From the IMG/VR virus record IMGVR_UViG_3300030372_001396, positions 1-45,163 of that record: a DNA stretch of 45,163 nt; one strand, written 5' to 3'. Positions 44,994 to 45,163 of this stretch are shown one piece after another. Each line of letters starts with the position of its first letter. Positions within the stretch are counted from its first letter, which is position 1. The notes beneath the pieces were generated by a model. The model had not been told where the DNA came from. It was given only the letters and a program-made list of their open reading frames with translations, and made no database searches. The translations under genes and the position numbers were made by a program. The DNA is from a virus. Lineage: Duplodnaviria; Caudoviricetes.

Positions 44994-45163
44994 TGTATTA
45001 CTTAAGTATGTTTTACAAGCAAATATTAGCAGGGTTATTGCTACTAAGTTTTACATACGCACAAGACTTTTTTAAGTTTAGTACAATATACGGTGCGTAT
45101 AGTTTTAGTAGTCCAGTAACTAAAGAGTTGCAATACCAGGTGTCTGGTGGCCAACTACAAGAG
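44990..45163 (+). CDS. N-terminal part of an exported protein (3' truncated; probably continues as 2..877)
   Basis: AAGGAG RBS; ATGA overlap; 58 open codons to the window end; signal peptide KQILAGLLLLSFTYA|QDFF. Confidence 0.7.
   Translation, partial: MMYYLSMFYKQILAGLLLLSFTYAQDFFKFSTIYGAYSFSSPVTKELQYQVSGGQLQE

Larger units (their letters stand above)
1..45163. mobile_element. Near-complete genome of a podovirus-like tailed phage
   Basis: Terminase, portal, scaffold, capsid, tail, ejection and lysis genes on +; small early and recombination genes on -; no host housekeeping genes; the ends carry two halves of one gene. Confidence 0.95.

Overview
The window is a nearly complete ~45 kb genome of an AT-rich tailed dsDNA phage with podovirus-like architecture. 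The host is probably Gram-negative and marine or aquatic (inference). The two ends carry the N- and C-terminal parts of one gene, so the molecule is circular or permuted with a small gap. The + strand holds the late module: metallophosphoesterase, terminase, portal, scaffold, capsid, adaptors, a 1763-aa tail fibre with an S74 chaperone, a Hint-domain tail protein, a membrane/thioredoxin-fold/beta-barrel trio, holin-endolysin, nozzle and ejection proteins. The - strand (13.9-24 kb) holds small early genes plus Erf, a Cas4-like exonuclease, an SSB and a resolvase. I recognise no DNA polymerase, helicase, primase, initiator, integrase, repressor or sigma factor. The most unusual features are non-coding. 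(1) A promoter-driven array of structured RNAs includes a ~515-nt ornate multi-helix RNA (19793-20307, - strand). (2) An oriC-like cluster of canonical DnaA boxes sits at the strand switch, with further DnaA-box pairs on two late promoters. (3) Eight early promoters share an ECF/sigmaE-type GGGAAC-N16-nRTWTA architecture. (4) A stem-closed RNA has a loop antisense to the phage's own early RBS/start regions, next to a tRNA-shaped element. All calls were made by eye, with no database searches or folding programs.
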